From positions 576,001 to 640,000 of the forward strand of contig CBDBGH010000003.1 in assembly GCA_965205265.1 (NCBI GenBank): 64,000 bases of DNA, given 5' to 3'. Under the pieces are notes generated by a model. The model did no database searches. It was given only the letters and a program-made list of their open reading frames with translations, and had not been told where the DNA came from. The position numbers were made by a program, and so were the translations under genes. Source of the DNA: Alphaproteobacteria bacterium. Its GTDB lineage: Bacteria; Pseudomonadota; Alphaproteobacteria; Bin95. Each line of letters begins with the position of its first letter. The stretch's first letter is position 1. Positions 22,166-32,190 of this stretch are shown here, piece after piece.

Positions 22166-22515
22166 TCTTCCCGTCGAACCGGGTGCGGATCGTTGTCGCA
22201 ACGAAGCCCGTCGACTTCCGCCGCCAGCACGACGGCCTTGTCGCGCATGTGAAGGGCGCGCTGCGGCGGGACCCGTTCACCGGCACGGTATACGTCTTTC
22301 GATCGAGGCGAGCTGACAGGCTGAAGCTGGTCTTCTGGGACGGGACCGGGCTGGTGCTGATCTACAAGCGTCTGGAGGACCAGGGCTTTGTATGGCCGGC
22401 GATCCGCGACGGGGTGATGTCGCTGAGCCATGCGCAGTTCGAGGCCTTGTTCGCGGGCCTGGACTGGCGTCGCGTGCGGGCGCTGTCGGCGCGGCGCCCG
22501 GCTGAGGCGGAGTGA
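22162..22515 (+). CDS. tnpB: IS66 TnpB
   Basis: Identical protein to 6742-7095. Confidence 0.92.
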   Translation: MIFPSNRVRIVVATKPVDFRRQHDGLVAHVKGALRRDPFTGTVYVFRSRRADRLKLVFWDGTGLVLIYKRLEDQGFVWPAIRDGVMSLSHAQFEALFAGLDWRRVRALSARRPAEAE

Positions 22516-22570
22516 CTCAGCCGGTGGATCGGGGCGTCCGGCTCCGCGACACTGTGCTACCAAGCGAGCC

Positions 22571-24172
22571 ATGGCTGCGCTTGCGGAGATCGACCTTGAA
22601 ACGCTGACACCCGAACAGCGGGAAGCGGCGGTGCAGGCGATCATGGCGCTGGAGACGCTTCGCACCGAGAACGAGGTGTTGACGGACCGCAATGAGGCGC
22701 AGTCCGAGCGCATCCGCCGTCTCGAACACCTGGTGCGCGAGCTGCAGCGCGTTATCTACGGGAAAAGGTCGGAGAAGCTGACGGCGGACGAGCGCCAGCT
22801 GGCGTTCGAGGACCTTGTTGCGGCGGCGGAAGAGATCGAGGAAGCGATCACGCCGGCCGATCCGGCGCCGGCCCAATCGCCGAAGCGTCCTCGCCCGGCG
22901 CGCAATCTCGGCCATTTGCCGGACCACCTGGAGCGGATCGAGCAGGTGATCGAGCCGGAGAGCACGCTCTGCCCCTGCGGCTGCGGGGAAATGGCGAAGA
23001 TCGGCGAGGATCGCACGGAGCGCCTGGACATCGTGCCGGCGCAGTTGCGGGTGATCGTCACGGTGCGCCCGAAATACGCCTGCCGCCGGTGTGAGGAAGG
23101 CGTGACCCAGGCGCCGGCGCCGGCCCGGCTGATCGAAGGGGCGCTGCCGACCGAAGGCGCTATCGCGCATGTGCTGGTCTCGAAATACGCCGATCATTGT
23201 CCGTTGCACCGTCAGACGCAGATCTATGCCCGCTCAGGCCTCGATCTGGACCGCTCGACGCTGGCCGGCTGGGTCGGCAAGGCCTCGTTCCACCTCAGGC
23301 CGGTGGTTGACCGCCTGGCACGGCACCTGAAACGGTCGTCCAAGCTCTTCATGGATGAGACGCGGGCGCCGGTGCTCGATCCGGGCCGCGGCAGGACGAA
23401 GACCGGCTGGTTATGGGCGCTGGCCCGCGACGACCGTTCCTGGGGCGGGCCCGATCCACCGGGCGTCGTCTACTTCTACGCCCCCGGGCGCGGCGGCGAA
23501 CATGCGGAGCGCTTCCTTGATGGCTTCGACGGCATCCTGCAGGTCGATGGCTATGCCGGCTACAGCCGGCTGGCCGGACCGAGCCGCAAGGGCGGCGCGC
23601 CGCTGCGGCTGGCCTACTGTTGGGCCCATTGTCGGCGCCGGCTTCGCGAAATCCACGACAGCAGCGGCTCGGAAATCGCAGCCGAGGGCTTACGCCGGAT
23701 CGCCGAACTCTACGCCATCGAGGCCGATATACGCGGCAGCCCGCCGGAGCTGCGCCTCGCCGAACGGCAAACGCGCTCCGCGCCCCTGGTCGAGGCCTTC
23801 GGCGAATGGCTGACGCAGCAGCGCGTCCGCGTCTCGCCCAAGTCCCGGCTCGGCGAAAAGCTCGCCTATATCGCCCGTCATTGGGACGGCCTCCGGATCT
23901 TCCTCGACGACGGCCGCGTCGAAATGGATAGCAATGCCGTCGAAAACAGCCTGCGGCCCGTGGTCCTTACACGGAAAAACGCCTTGTTCGCCGGTCACGA
24001 CGACGGCGCCGCCGCCTGGGGACGCATAGCATCCCTCATCCAGACGGCGAAGTTGAACGAGGTCGAGCCACACGCCTGGCTCAAGGCCACACTCGAAGCC
24101 ATCGCAGCCGGTCATCCCAATGACCGCCTCGATGAACTGCTTCCCTGGAACTTCAAGCCGTCGTCAAGCTGA
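22571..24172 (+). CDS. tnpC: IS66 transposase
   Basis: Identical protein to 7151-8752. Confidence 0.95.
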   Translation: MAALAEIDLETLTPEQREAAVQAIMALETLRTENEVLTDRNEAQSERIRRLEHLVRELQRVIYGKRSEKLTADERQLAFEDLVAAAEEIEEAITPADPAPAQSPKRPRPARNLGHLPDHLERIEQVIEPESTLCPCGCGEMAKIGEDRTERLDIVPAQLRVIVTVRPKYACRRCEEGVTQAPAPARLIEGALPTEGAIAHVLVSKYADHCPLHRQTQIYARSGLDLDRSTLAGWVGKASFHLRPVVDRLARHLKRSSKLFMDETRAPVLDPGRGRTKTGWLWALARDDRSWGGPDPPGVVYFYAPGRGGEHAERFLDGFDGILQVDGYAGYSRLAGPSRKGGAPLRLAYCWAHCRRRLREIHDSSGSEIAAEGLRRIAELYAIEADIRGSPPELRLAERQTRSAPLVEAFGEWLTQQRVRVSPKSRLGEKLAYIARHWDGLRIFLDDGRVEMDSNAVENSLRPVVLTRKNALFAGHDDGAAAWGRIASLIQTAKLNEVEPHAWLKATLEAIAAGHPNDRLDELLPWNFKPSSS

Positions 24173-24893
24173 AAGCCGGCTGCCTCGCCCGCACCGCATA
24201 CGACTCGTCCCACTCCTCCGTCTGCCTTATCAGCCGTCTCGCCTGGGCGTGGATCAGGCGGATCCTGATGCTCAGCCTCCAGCCGTCGCCGCCCGGAAGG
24301 ATGCCGCCGGGCATGTATTGGTCCAGGAGTTGCGCCAGGTTCTGTTTCAGCCGGCGAACGCCATTCTCGACGATCCTGCTCCTGATGCGGAACGACTTGC
24401 TGATCAGGGTCGAGAAGCCCTCGATGATCGCGCCTCCGACAAGCGCCCCGAGCACCATGTCGGAGTTACGCAGAAAGCCCCTGGTCGCCGCGGCGGCAAG
24501 CCGCTCGTCGAACCAGTCCGGAGCGTCGGCCAGCTTCGCCACGAAACTGCGCAGGCAGTCCGGGAGGTCCTTCGGGACGTCGCCGGAACTGTTGAGCGCC
24601 CTCGCCACGATTCCGTGGACTTCGCCCGGCGTGTACCGCTCCGCCAGCTCGGCCACCACCTCGTCGCCGGAGGGATCGCCGATGACAGTGTGGCGGACAT
24701 AAAGGTCGGCCACATCGCGGTCCGCCTTGCGGGCTGCCTCGTATCCGGCGACGTAGCAGGACGGAACGGGCGCGGCGGACACCCCGTCGAAGCCCGGTAA
24801 ACGCGGATCGTCCGTTCCTCGGAATTGTCTCGTGCCGGTTCCTGCCAAAACAATAATTCCCTCACGAGGTCCGACGGCCGATTCGCTTCCCCT

Positions 24894-25352
24894 CTATTGC
24901 GACCCTGCGTGTTTCGCTTCTGCGTAGCGTTTCAATTCCCTGCCCACAGTCGTGTAACTGCGGTGCATATGGTTGCCGAACAACAGCATGATAAGCGGGG
25001 CGAGCAGGCCGGTCATCCGCTCTATGCAGCAATAGCGGCAACTCGCCTCCCCCACGGGCTCCAAATGCTGCTCCCGCACACCTCGAAAGATCCAACCCGC
25101 TCCGAAAACCGTTCCCCAGGAAACGAACCTTGGGGGATCGTAGGCATGAACGGTAAGGGAGATTCTTTTCATCTTCCCAGAACCCATATCGAGCAACACA
25201 TGGATGGGCGAGCCCACCTTGAAATCCGTTTGCGCTTCCGGCGAGAACGAATTCCACTCCCCGTATTTCCCGGTGTCGGAAAGGACGTCCCAGACCGGTT
25301 CGACCGGCAAGTCGATCAGAAGCGGCTCGGTCCGTATCTCTTTTTTGAACAT
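24894..25352 (-). CDS. SRPBCC (polyketide cyclase/lipid-binding) family protein
   Basis: IDLPVEPVWDVLSD..KYGEWNSF; C-terminal helix ELKRYAE; GGAGG RBS. Confidence 0.82.
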   Translation of the reverse strand: MFKKEIRTEPLLIDLPVEPVWDVLSDTGKYGEWNSFSPEAQTDFKVGSPIHVLLDMGSGKMKRISLTVHAYDPPRFVSWGTVFGAGWIFRGVREQHLEPVGEASCRYCCIERMTGLLAPLIMLLFGNHMHRSYTTVGRELKRYAEAKHAGSQ

Positions 25353-25696
25353 GCCCGCCACCTCCGCGCCCCGGAACGGCCCTCTACCCATCTTCGATTT
25401 AATATCACAAAAAATCGATATAGGGGCGTGGGTTTGTCCGGTGGGCCGAAGCGAATCGGCAGATGCGCAGCGCCGGAGGCAGTCCCGAAACCGGCTTTCG
25501 ACCGGAGTGTAGCGCTGCCGGCGAACTCCGTTCCGCTTGACACCCGGTTCCCGCGCACGCAAAGTAAAATGGCTGTTATGCCGTTCGCCGGTTGCCGTTG
25601 ATCGTACTGTTCGGGCGGTAGGATCGGGCAGGGAAGCGGGCCGGGAGGACAAGTGAGCAGGATGGGCGCGCTCGACGCAAACTACTCTTCCCTTCC

Positions 25697-27088
25697 ATGC
25701 GCAGGGCAAGGCAGGCCGTGAACGGCGCCGGCACCGCCGCATCGTCCCTTCCGCCCGGCCCAAAGGGACGCAAGCTTCACAATCTTCGCCAGCGGCTCAA
25801 GCGGCACTCCGACTTCATGGACGAACTCCATGCGGAATACGGGGACATCGTCTTCTTCGATATCCCGGCCAAGAAGTGTTGCGCGGTTTTCAGCGCTGAA
25901 CTGATCCACGAGGTCCTTGTCGAGCAGGAACCCTGGTTCCAGCCCTACTATCCCAAGACCTCTTTCAACCTCATTCCGTCGCCTTGCCTGGCCACCTCCC
26001 GCTTCGAGACGCACACGCAGCTCGAGCAGGTGATGAGCGCGGCGTTCACGCCCGAACGCATGCCGGCCTACCGGGAGGCGATCGTCGACAACGCACATAT
26101 CTTCTGCGATCGGGTCGGCGCGGCCGGGAGCATCGACTTCAAATACGAGGCCGAGCGCTACACCTGGGGGTCGCTGCTCGATGCGGTGATCGGCGTCGAT
26201 TTCAAGGTCGAGCCCGAACTCGGCAAATCGGTGCTGGACGCGATGAAGCGGGACATGATGCTCGCGCTGCTCCCGTTCGGCCTGTTCCTGAAACGCCTGC
26301 CCCTGCCGCACAACATCAGGACCGCGCGCCAGATCAGGGCGCTCGACGACCAGACCTACCGGTCCATCGAGAGAGCCCGCGATCCCGGTCACAACGGCGA
26401 CGACGTGATTTCCCACTTCGTGCGCGCACATGAGCAGGGCATCGTGGACTGGGCCTTCCCGGACGATTCCGAGATCCGGGACGAGGCGTATACGCTTATG
26501 TTCGGCGCCGTGGACGCGCCCACCAGCACGCTGACGCACGCCGTCAACCTGCTGGCGCACAATCCGGCGGTCCTCCAGAGGCTCGAGCGGGAAGTGGACG
26601 AGGCGCTCGGCGGCCGTCGGCTCGCGCCGGGCGATCTGGACCGGCTGCCCTATACTCTCGCGGTGTTCCGGGAAACGCTGCGGCTCGAGCCGCCGGCGTT
26701 CGTCTTCATACCCAGGGAAACCATGGAGGACCGCTTCGTCGGCGGCTACCTAGTGCCGAAAGGCACGCTGATGAGCGTGTGTGTGCGCGTGATGCACCGC
26801 CGCCGGGATTATTGGGAGGAGGCGGACCAGTTCCGGCCGGAACGCTGGCTTGAAGACGCGGAACGCGGCGGCTCGCTCTGCCCGGCGCACTCATACCTGC
26901 CGTTCAGCACCGAGCCGCGAATCTGCCAGGGGGGAGACTTTGCCGAGGCGCTTTTCATTTCAGGTCTGGCGAGCCTCGTGCAGAAGCTCAGGCTGGAGCC
27001 GGAATCCGCTGAGCCACCGACCAAGACGAATATCGGTGTGGGGTTGATGGGCGCATTTCCGGTTCGCGTCGCCCGGCGAAAGCAGTGA
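25697..27088 (+). CDS. Cytochrome P450 no. 1
   Basis: LPPGP, ETLR (ExxR), FRPERW, FSTEPRICQG; start may be GTG 25718. Confidence 0.9.
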   Translation: MRRARQAVNGAGTAASSLPPGPKGRKLHNLRQRLKRHSDFMDELHAEYGDIVFFDIPAKKCCAVFSAELIHEVLVEQEPWFQPYYPKTSFNLIPSPCLATSRFETHTQLEQVMSAAFTPERMPAYREAIVDNAHIFCDRVGAAGSIDFKYEAERYTWGSLLDAVIGVDFKVEPELGKSVLDAMKRDMMLALLPFGLFLKRLPLPHNIRTARQIRALDDQTYRSIERARDPGHNGDDVISHFVRAHEQGIVDWAFPDDSEIRDEAYTLMFGAVDAPTSTLTHAVNLLAHNPAVLQRLEREVDEALGGRRLAPGDLDRLPYTLAVFRETLRLEPPAFVFIPRETMEDRFVGGYLVPKGTLMSVCVRVMHRRRDYWEEADQFRPERWLEDAERGGSLCPAHSYLPFSTEPRICQGGDFAEALFISGLASLVQKLRLEPESAEPPTKTNIGVGLMGAFPVRVARRKQ

Positions 27089-27466
27089 AGCGAACCGGGC
27101 GCGGGCCAAGGCGTCGGACGCTGCACCTGAGGGCTCGGAGCCAGCCGCCCTGGCGACGGGAGGACTTATGATGCCAAGCGCAAGCACAGCTCCGCCGCCT
27201 CCGGGACCGCCGCGGCGCAAGTTCCGCACCTTGAAGCAGCTTGCAACCGATCCGGCGGGTTTCTTCAAATCCCTCCACCGGGATTACGGCGACATCGTCA
27301 CCTACGAAGTGCCGGGAAAGAAGTATTGCGCAATCTTCTCGGCAGAACTGGTAGAAGAGCTCTTTACGAAAGACTCGGTGTTTCCGCCGCAATACCCGAG
27401 AAGTCGCTTCGACGTCGTCAAGTCTCCCGGCATGGCCCGCATGAGGGGAGAGGACCACCACAGGCT

Positions 27467-29382
27467 CCTGACTTCGACGGTTGGGCTGACTTCTGACCGA
27501 TCTCGCGTCTGGAGTTTTCAGTAAAGCCAATGAGTTGGCAGTTGCGGTGCGGTCAAGCTGCGTTGTAGTGCCTAGTAAATCTTTGAGACTGTCAATGCCT
27601 CCGCCACGCGCTACACTCCCCCCATGTTCGTGCGCATCAAGACCTCCCCCAACAGCCCGCGACGCTCGGTCCAGATCGTCGAGGCCGTGCGCGACGGCGG
27701 CAAGGTCCGACAGCGCATCGTCCGCCATGTCGGCGTGGCCATGGACGAGGACGAGCTCGAGCGCCTGAGGCAGCTCGGCGAGTACGTCAAGGCGAAGCTG
27801 GAGGACGAGCGTCAGCCGGCATTGTTTGCGCCCGAGAAGATCGCTGAGCAGGCGATCCGTGTCGGCCGCCGGGGGGACGGCAAGGAGGAACTCCCGGTCG
27901 ACCTCAAGCAGCTTGAAGAGGAGCAGCGCCTGATCACAGGCATCCACGAGGTCTATGGCGAGATCTACCGGCTGCTGGGCCTCGACGCGCTGCTGCCGCG
28001 CTCGCGCTACCGGGCCTCCCATGACGCGCTGTTCCATGTGGTGATGGCGCGGGTAGCCAACCCCGACAGCAAGCGGGGCAGCGTGCGCCGGCTCGAGGAG
28101 GACTTCGGCGTGAGTCTTCCGCTCGAGAAGGTCTACCGGATGATGGATCAGCTCGACGCGACGGTGATCGAGCGACTGCGCACGCGCGTCGGCGAGGCGA
28201 GCCGGTCGCTGCTGCCGGAGCCGGTCGCGATCCTCTTCTTCGATTGCACCACGCTCTACTTCGAGACGGCCGCCGAGGACGAGCTTCGCCAGCACGGCTT
28301 CAGCAAGGACGGCAAACACAAGGACTCGCAGGTTCTGCTGGCGCTGATGGTGACGCGCGAAGGGCTGCCGATCAGCTACGAGGTCTTCCCCGGCGCCACC
28401 TACGAGGGACACAGCATGGTCCCGGTCCTGCAGGACATGCAGCGCCGCCACCAGGTGGAGCGCACGGTATGCGTGGCCGACCGGGGCATGCTGAGCGCCG
28501 ACAACCTCGACGCCATGGACGCCATCGGCGGCGAGTATGTCGTCGGCGCGCGGCTGCGCAAGCTGCCGCTCGCGCTGCTGGGGCAGGTTCTCGACCCCGG
28601 GACCTATGCCCCGCTGGAGGGCTCACAGGACCGCCGGGTCGGCGAGTGGGAGTACAAGGGCCGTCGCCTGATCGTCGTCTTCTGCCCCCAGCGCGCACGC
28701 AAGGACGCGCACGAGCGCCGCCATCAGGTGGAACGCCTGCTCGACAGGCTGGCCCGCAGCGACAATCCCAGGGAACTGCTCTCCAATCACGGGGCGAAGC
28801 GCTTCATCGCCGTCGAGGGCGACGCACGGCTCACGGTGAACCCGGAGAAGATCGCCGAGGCCGCACGATGGGACGGGCTCACCGGCGTCATCACCAATCT
28901 GCGCGACGCGCGCGTCACCGAAGTGATGGCTCACTACCAGGGGCTCTGGCAGGTCGAGGAGAGCTTCCGGATCACCAAACACGACCTGAAGATACGTCCC
29001 ATCTGGCACTGGAACCCGGACCGGATCCGCGCTCACATCGCCATCGCCTTCCTGGCCTTCGCCTGCGTTCGACACCTTGCGTACCGCGTCGCCATCCAGA
29101 AGCGGCGGATGTCCCCGGAGGTCATCCGCTCCGCCCTCGTCCACCGCCAGTGCTCCCTGCTGCGCTGTCGGCAATCGGGCAACCGCTACGTCATCCCCTC
29201 GAAGCCGACACCGGCGGCGGAGCAGATTTACGCAACCATGGGGCTGCCCCTGACGATCACCCCGTATCAACTCGCCTGACCGTCGACGAAGCACGGCTCG
29301 AAGAAATGCCGGATGTAGTGCCTAGCCGAAATGAGAACCAGGCAATATCAACTACTTATGCGAATCAACCGTCGAAGTCAGG
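27467..29382 (+). mobile_element. IS1634-family element with a long target duplication
   Basis: 17-bp TIRs CCTGACTTCGACGGTTG; direct repeat 27321-27466 = 29383-29528. Confidence 0.9.
27624..29279 (+). CDS. IS1634-family transposase
   Basis: FFDCTTLYFE, GFSKDGK, VADRGM, WQVEESFR..K.DL.IRPI.H. Confidence 0.93.
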   Translation: MFVRIKTSPNSPRRSVQIVEAVRDGGKVRQRIVRHVGVAMDEDELERLRQLGEYVKAKLEDERQPALFAPEKIAEQAIRVGRRGDGKEELPVDLKQLEEEQRLITGIHEVYGEIYRLLGLDALLPRSRYRASHDALFHVVMARVANPDSKRGSVRRLEEDFGVSLPLEKVYRMMDQLDATVIERLRTRVGEASRSLLPEPVAILFFDCTTLYFETAAEDELRQHGFSKDGKHKDSQVLLALMVTREGLPISYEVFPGATYEGHSMVPVLQDMQRRHQVERTVCVADRGMLSADNLDAMDAIGGEYVVGARLRKLPLALLGQVLDPGTYAPLEGSQDRRVGEWEYKGRRLIVVFCPQRARKDAHERRHQVERLLDRLARSDNPRELLSNHGAKRFIAVEGDARLTVNPEKIAEAARWDGLTGVITNLRDARVTEVMAHYQGLWQVEESFRITKHDLKIRPIWHWNPDRIRAHIAIAFLAFACVRHLAYRVAIQKRRMSPEVIRSALVHRQCSLLRCRQSGNRYVIPSKPTPAAEQIYATMGLPLTITPYQLA

Positions 29383-30684
29383 AAGTATTGCGCAATCTTC
29401 TCGGCAGAACTGGTAGAAGAGCTCTTTACGAAAGACTCGGTGTTTCCGCCGCAATACCCGAGAAGTCGCTTCGACGTCGTCAAGTCTCCCGGCATGGCCC
29501 GCATGAGGGGAGAGGACCACCACAGGCTCAGCAGACTCATCGCCAGCGCATTCTCCGAGGAGCGCATGCAGATCCATGCGGACATTCTCGCGGAGCAGGT
29601 GGAAGAGCACTGTGGCAGACTCCGGGCGGGGGAAACGGTCGATTTCCGCTACATATCCGAATGTCTGGCCTGGGAGGCGACGTTCGGCGCCGTGTTCGGA
29701 CGCGACATGCGGCCGAAGGCCGAAGTCGGCAGAATTCTCGCCAGCGCCGTGAAGAAAGGCTACCTGCTCTCTTTTCTGCTAGGCGGATCGACGGTGGCGC
29801 GGTGGCCGTTGCCTTACATGCTGAAGGCGCTGCGCGCTTCGAAGGAGCTCGACGTCATGGCCTACGAGGCGATTCGGCGGGCCAGAGACCCGGCCCACCC
29901 CGGCCACGATATCGTGTCCCATCTGTTCCGCGCCTCGGAGCGGGGGCTCTACGATTGGCGTTTCGAGAACGACACCGCGCTTCGCGACGAGGCCTTCTCG
30001 ATCGTGTTCATCTCCTATGAGACGCAGGTCATTCCGCTCGTCTACAGCGTGTTCTACCTGTCCCGAAACGCTGCCGTGCGGGAACGTTTGGCGCAGGAAG
30101 CCGATGAAGTGGTCGGCGACCGGCCTCTCCGCGGAGCGGATTTCCCCGACCTCCGGTACGCCCAGGCGGTCTTCAAGGAGCTTCTTCGCATACAGCCGCC
30201 GGCCGAGACCTTTGTGCCGCGGCCCGCACTGGAAGACACCAGCCTCGCCGGCTACGCCATCCCGCGGGGAACGGTGATACAGGTTCCCTTGCACGTGCTC
30301 CACTCGCGCGCGGATTATTGGGACCGCGCCGACCGGTTCGTCCCCGAGCGCTGGTTGTCCGACTCGTCGGATGAGGCTGCCGCGTGCCCGAAAGGCGCAT
30401 TCGCGCCGTTCTGCGGAGGACCGCGCTACTGCATTGCTGCGCCCTTTGCGACCGTGCTCCTGGTCTTCGCCCTGACAAGCCTGGCGAGGAGGGTTCGCCT
30501 CGAGCCGGTCGTGGACGAGATTCCGAAACGGTTGAGCGCAGATGTCGGCTTCTTCGACGGCCCGATCTTCGCAACAGTAAGGGAGCGCAGCTATTCCCAT
30601 GCCGCCTGAAAACGGGGTCGGCCGGGCCGTCCAACCCGGCATGGCGGCACGCCAGCGCGCAAGGAGTCAGCCGGGAGACAGCCC

Positions 30685-32064
30685 ATGACAGCCGACACAA
30701 ACGCCAGACCGTCCCTGCCCCCCGGCCCGAAGGGACAGGGGCTCAAGAATATGCGCCGACTGGCGAGCGACCTGAACGGGTTCATGGAGTCCCTGCACGC
30801 CGATTATGGCGACATCGTTCACTACGAACTGCCGGGGGCGAAGTGCTGCGCCGTCTTCTCCGCCGAGGCGATGAAGGAAGTCATGGTGGATCGGGAGCCC
30901 ATCCTTCCCCCCGCCTATCCCTGGATGCATTTCGACATAGTCAAGTCCCCCGGTCTGGCGAGATGGCGGGGAGCGGACCACAAGCGGCTCACCGCGGTGC
31001 TGGTCGATGCGTTCAACGACGAGCACATGCAGCACTATTCCCAAATGCTCGCCGAGCGGACCACGACTTATCTCGAACGGCTTCGTCCGGGCGGAACGGT
31101 CGATATCGTGGCAGAGTTCGAGCGCCTTTCCTGGCAGCAGACCCTGACAGCCCTGTTCGGCACGGACGCCAATATGCGCCAGGAGATCGGGAGGCCCCTG
31201 CTGAAGTCCGTGAAGATGGGTTTTGTCGTCGAGGCGCTGCCGGGGAGACGGCTGGTCGAGCGCCTTCCGCTGCCCTTTGTCCGGCGTGCGAACAGGGCGG
31301 CGAAGGAGCTGGACGTTCTGGCGTATGAGGCAGTTCGCAGGGCAAGGGATCCGGATCATCCCGGCCGGGATGTCGTATCCCACCTCGTGCGCACCACCGA
31401 GGAGGGGCAGGCGGACTGGAAATACAACAATGACGAGGAGATCCGCGACGAGGCGTATGCCTTGCTCTTCGGAGCCTACGAGCCGCCCGCCATGGTGCTC
31501 GTTTATGCGCTCCACTATCTGGCCGGGAACCCCGACGCCCGCAGCCGGCTTGAGGAGGAGGCGGATACCGTGCTCGGCGGGCGGCGGATCGAAGGCGCGG
31601 ATCTCGAAAATCTGGAGTATGCGCGGGCGGTGGCCCTGGAGACGCTCCGGTTGCAGCCCGTCGCCGAGCCCCTGGTAGGACGCGTCGCGCTGGAGGACAC
31701 GACGCTTGGCGGCTATTCCATTCCCAAGGGCACCCGGGTGCAGGTCTCGCCGCGCGTGCTTCAGCGCAGGCCCGAATACTGGGACAAAGCCGGGGAATTC
31801 AAGCCCGAACGCTGGCTCGCCGACCCGCATAAGAGCGAACTCGGATGTCCGGCGCACCCGTTCCTCGCTTTCTGCAAGGAGCCGCGCCAGTGCCGGGGCG
31901 CGCGCTTCGCCACGGCGCTCATGGTCTGCGCTCTGGCCAGCATCGCTCGACGGTTCCGGTTCGAGCCGGTCGGGGATATGTTGCCGCAGCGCAAAGGGAT
32001 GGAGTTCGGTGCGTTCTCCGGTCCTGTGATGATGACCGTGAACGACCGACCTCGCGCTGCCTAG
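30685..32064 (+). CDS. Cytochrome P450 no. 3
   Basis: LPPGP, ETLR, FKPERW, FCKEPRQCRG. Confidence 0.9.
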   Translation: MTADTNARPSLPPGPKGQGLKNMRRLASDLNGFMESLHADYGDIVHYELPGAKCCAVFSAEAMKEVMVDREPILPPAYPWMHFDIVKSPGLARWRGADHKRLTAVLVDAFNDEHMQHYSQMLAERTTTYLERLRPGGTVDIVAEFERLSWQQTLTALFGTDANMRQEIGRPLLKSVKMGFVVEALPGRRLVERLPLPFVRRANRAAKELDVLAYEAVRRARDPDHPGRDVVSHLVRTTEEGQADWKYNNDEEIRDEAYALLFGAYEPPAMVLVYALHYLAGNPDARSRLEEEADTVLGGRRIEGADLENLEYARAVALETLRLQPVAEPLVGRVALEDTTLGGYSIPKGTRVQVSPRVLQRRPEYWDKAGEFKPERWLADPHKSELGCPAHPFLAFCKEPRQCRGARFATALMVCALASIARRFRFEPVGDMLPQRKGMEFGAFSGPVMMTVNDRPRAA

Positions 32065-32190
32065 AGGACCGTTGCCGTGAATTGCCCGGCCGTCAGGCAG
32101 TCCAGGCTTGTTGAGAGATTGCTCGTTTCGTTAACGTCGCCCTCGGCCGGTCCCGATTTGGCCCTTGGATTACCGGCAAGAGAGCTGCCC

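Larger units (their letters stand above)
21691..24201 (+). mobile_element. IS66-family element A, copy 2
   Basis: Same sequence as copy 1 at offset 15420; 8-bp TSD GACTCGTC (21683-21690, 24202-24209). Confidence 0.96.
21079..24848 (-). pseudogene. MpaB/latex-clearing-protein-like heme oxygenase (DUF2236) split by IS66-A copy 2
   Basis: IGDP..D, APDWFD, IRLIHAQAR, WDES|EYGLP, WRYAG.LMGVP; the halves join in frame across the TSD; start uncertain. Confidence 0.8.
27321..29528 (+). repeat. 146-bp direct repeat pair flanking IS1634
   Basis: AAGTATTGCG...CACAGGCT at 27321-27466 and 29383-29528 (148 bp if the terminal C/G belong to the repeat). Confidence 0.92.
27168..30609 (+). pseudogene. Cytochrome P450 no. 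2 interrupted by IS1634
   Basis: N-terminus 27168-27466, remainder after 29382; ELLR, FVPERW, FCGGPRYCIA. Confidence 0.88.

Noticed and set aside
21691-24201. Second IS66-A copy as an assembly duplication
   Set aside because: It has its own 8-bp TSD and splits a gene whose halves rejoin in frame
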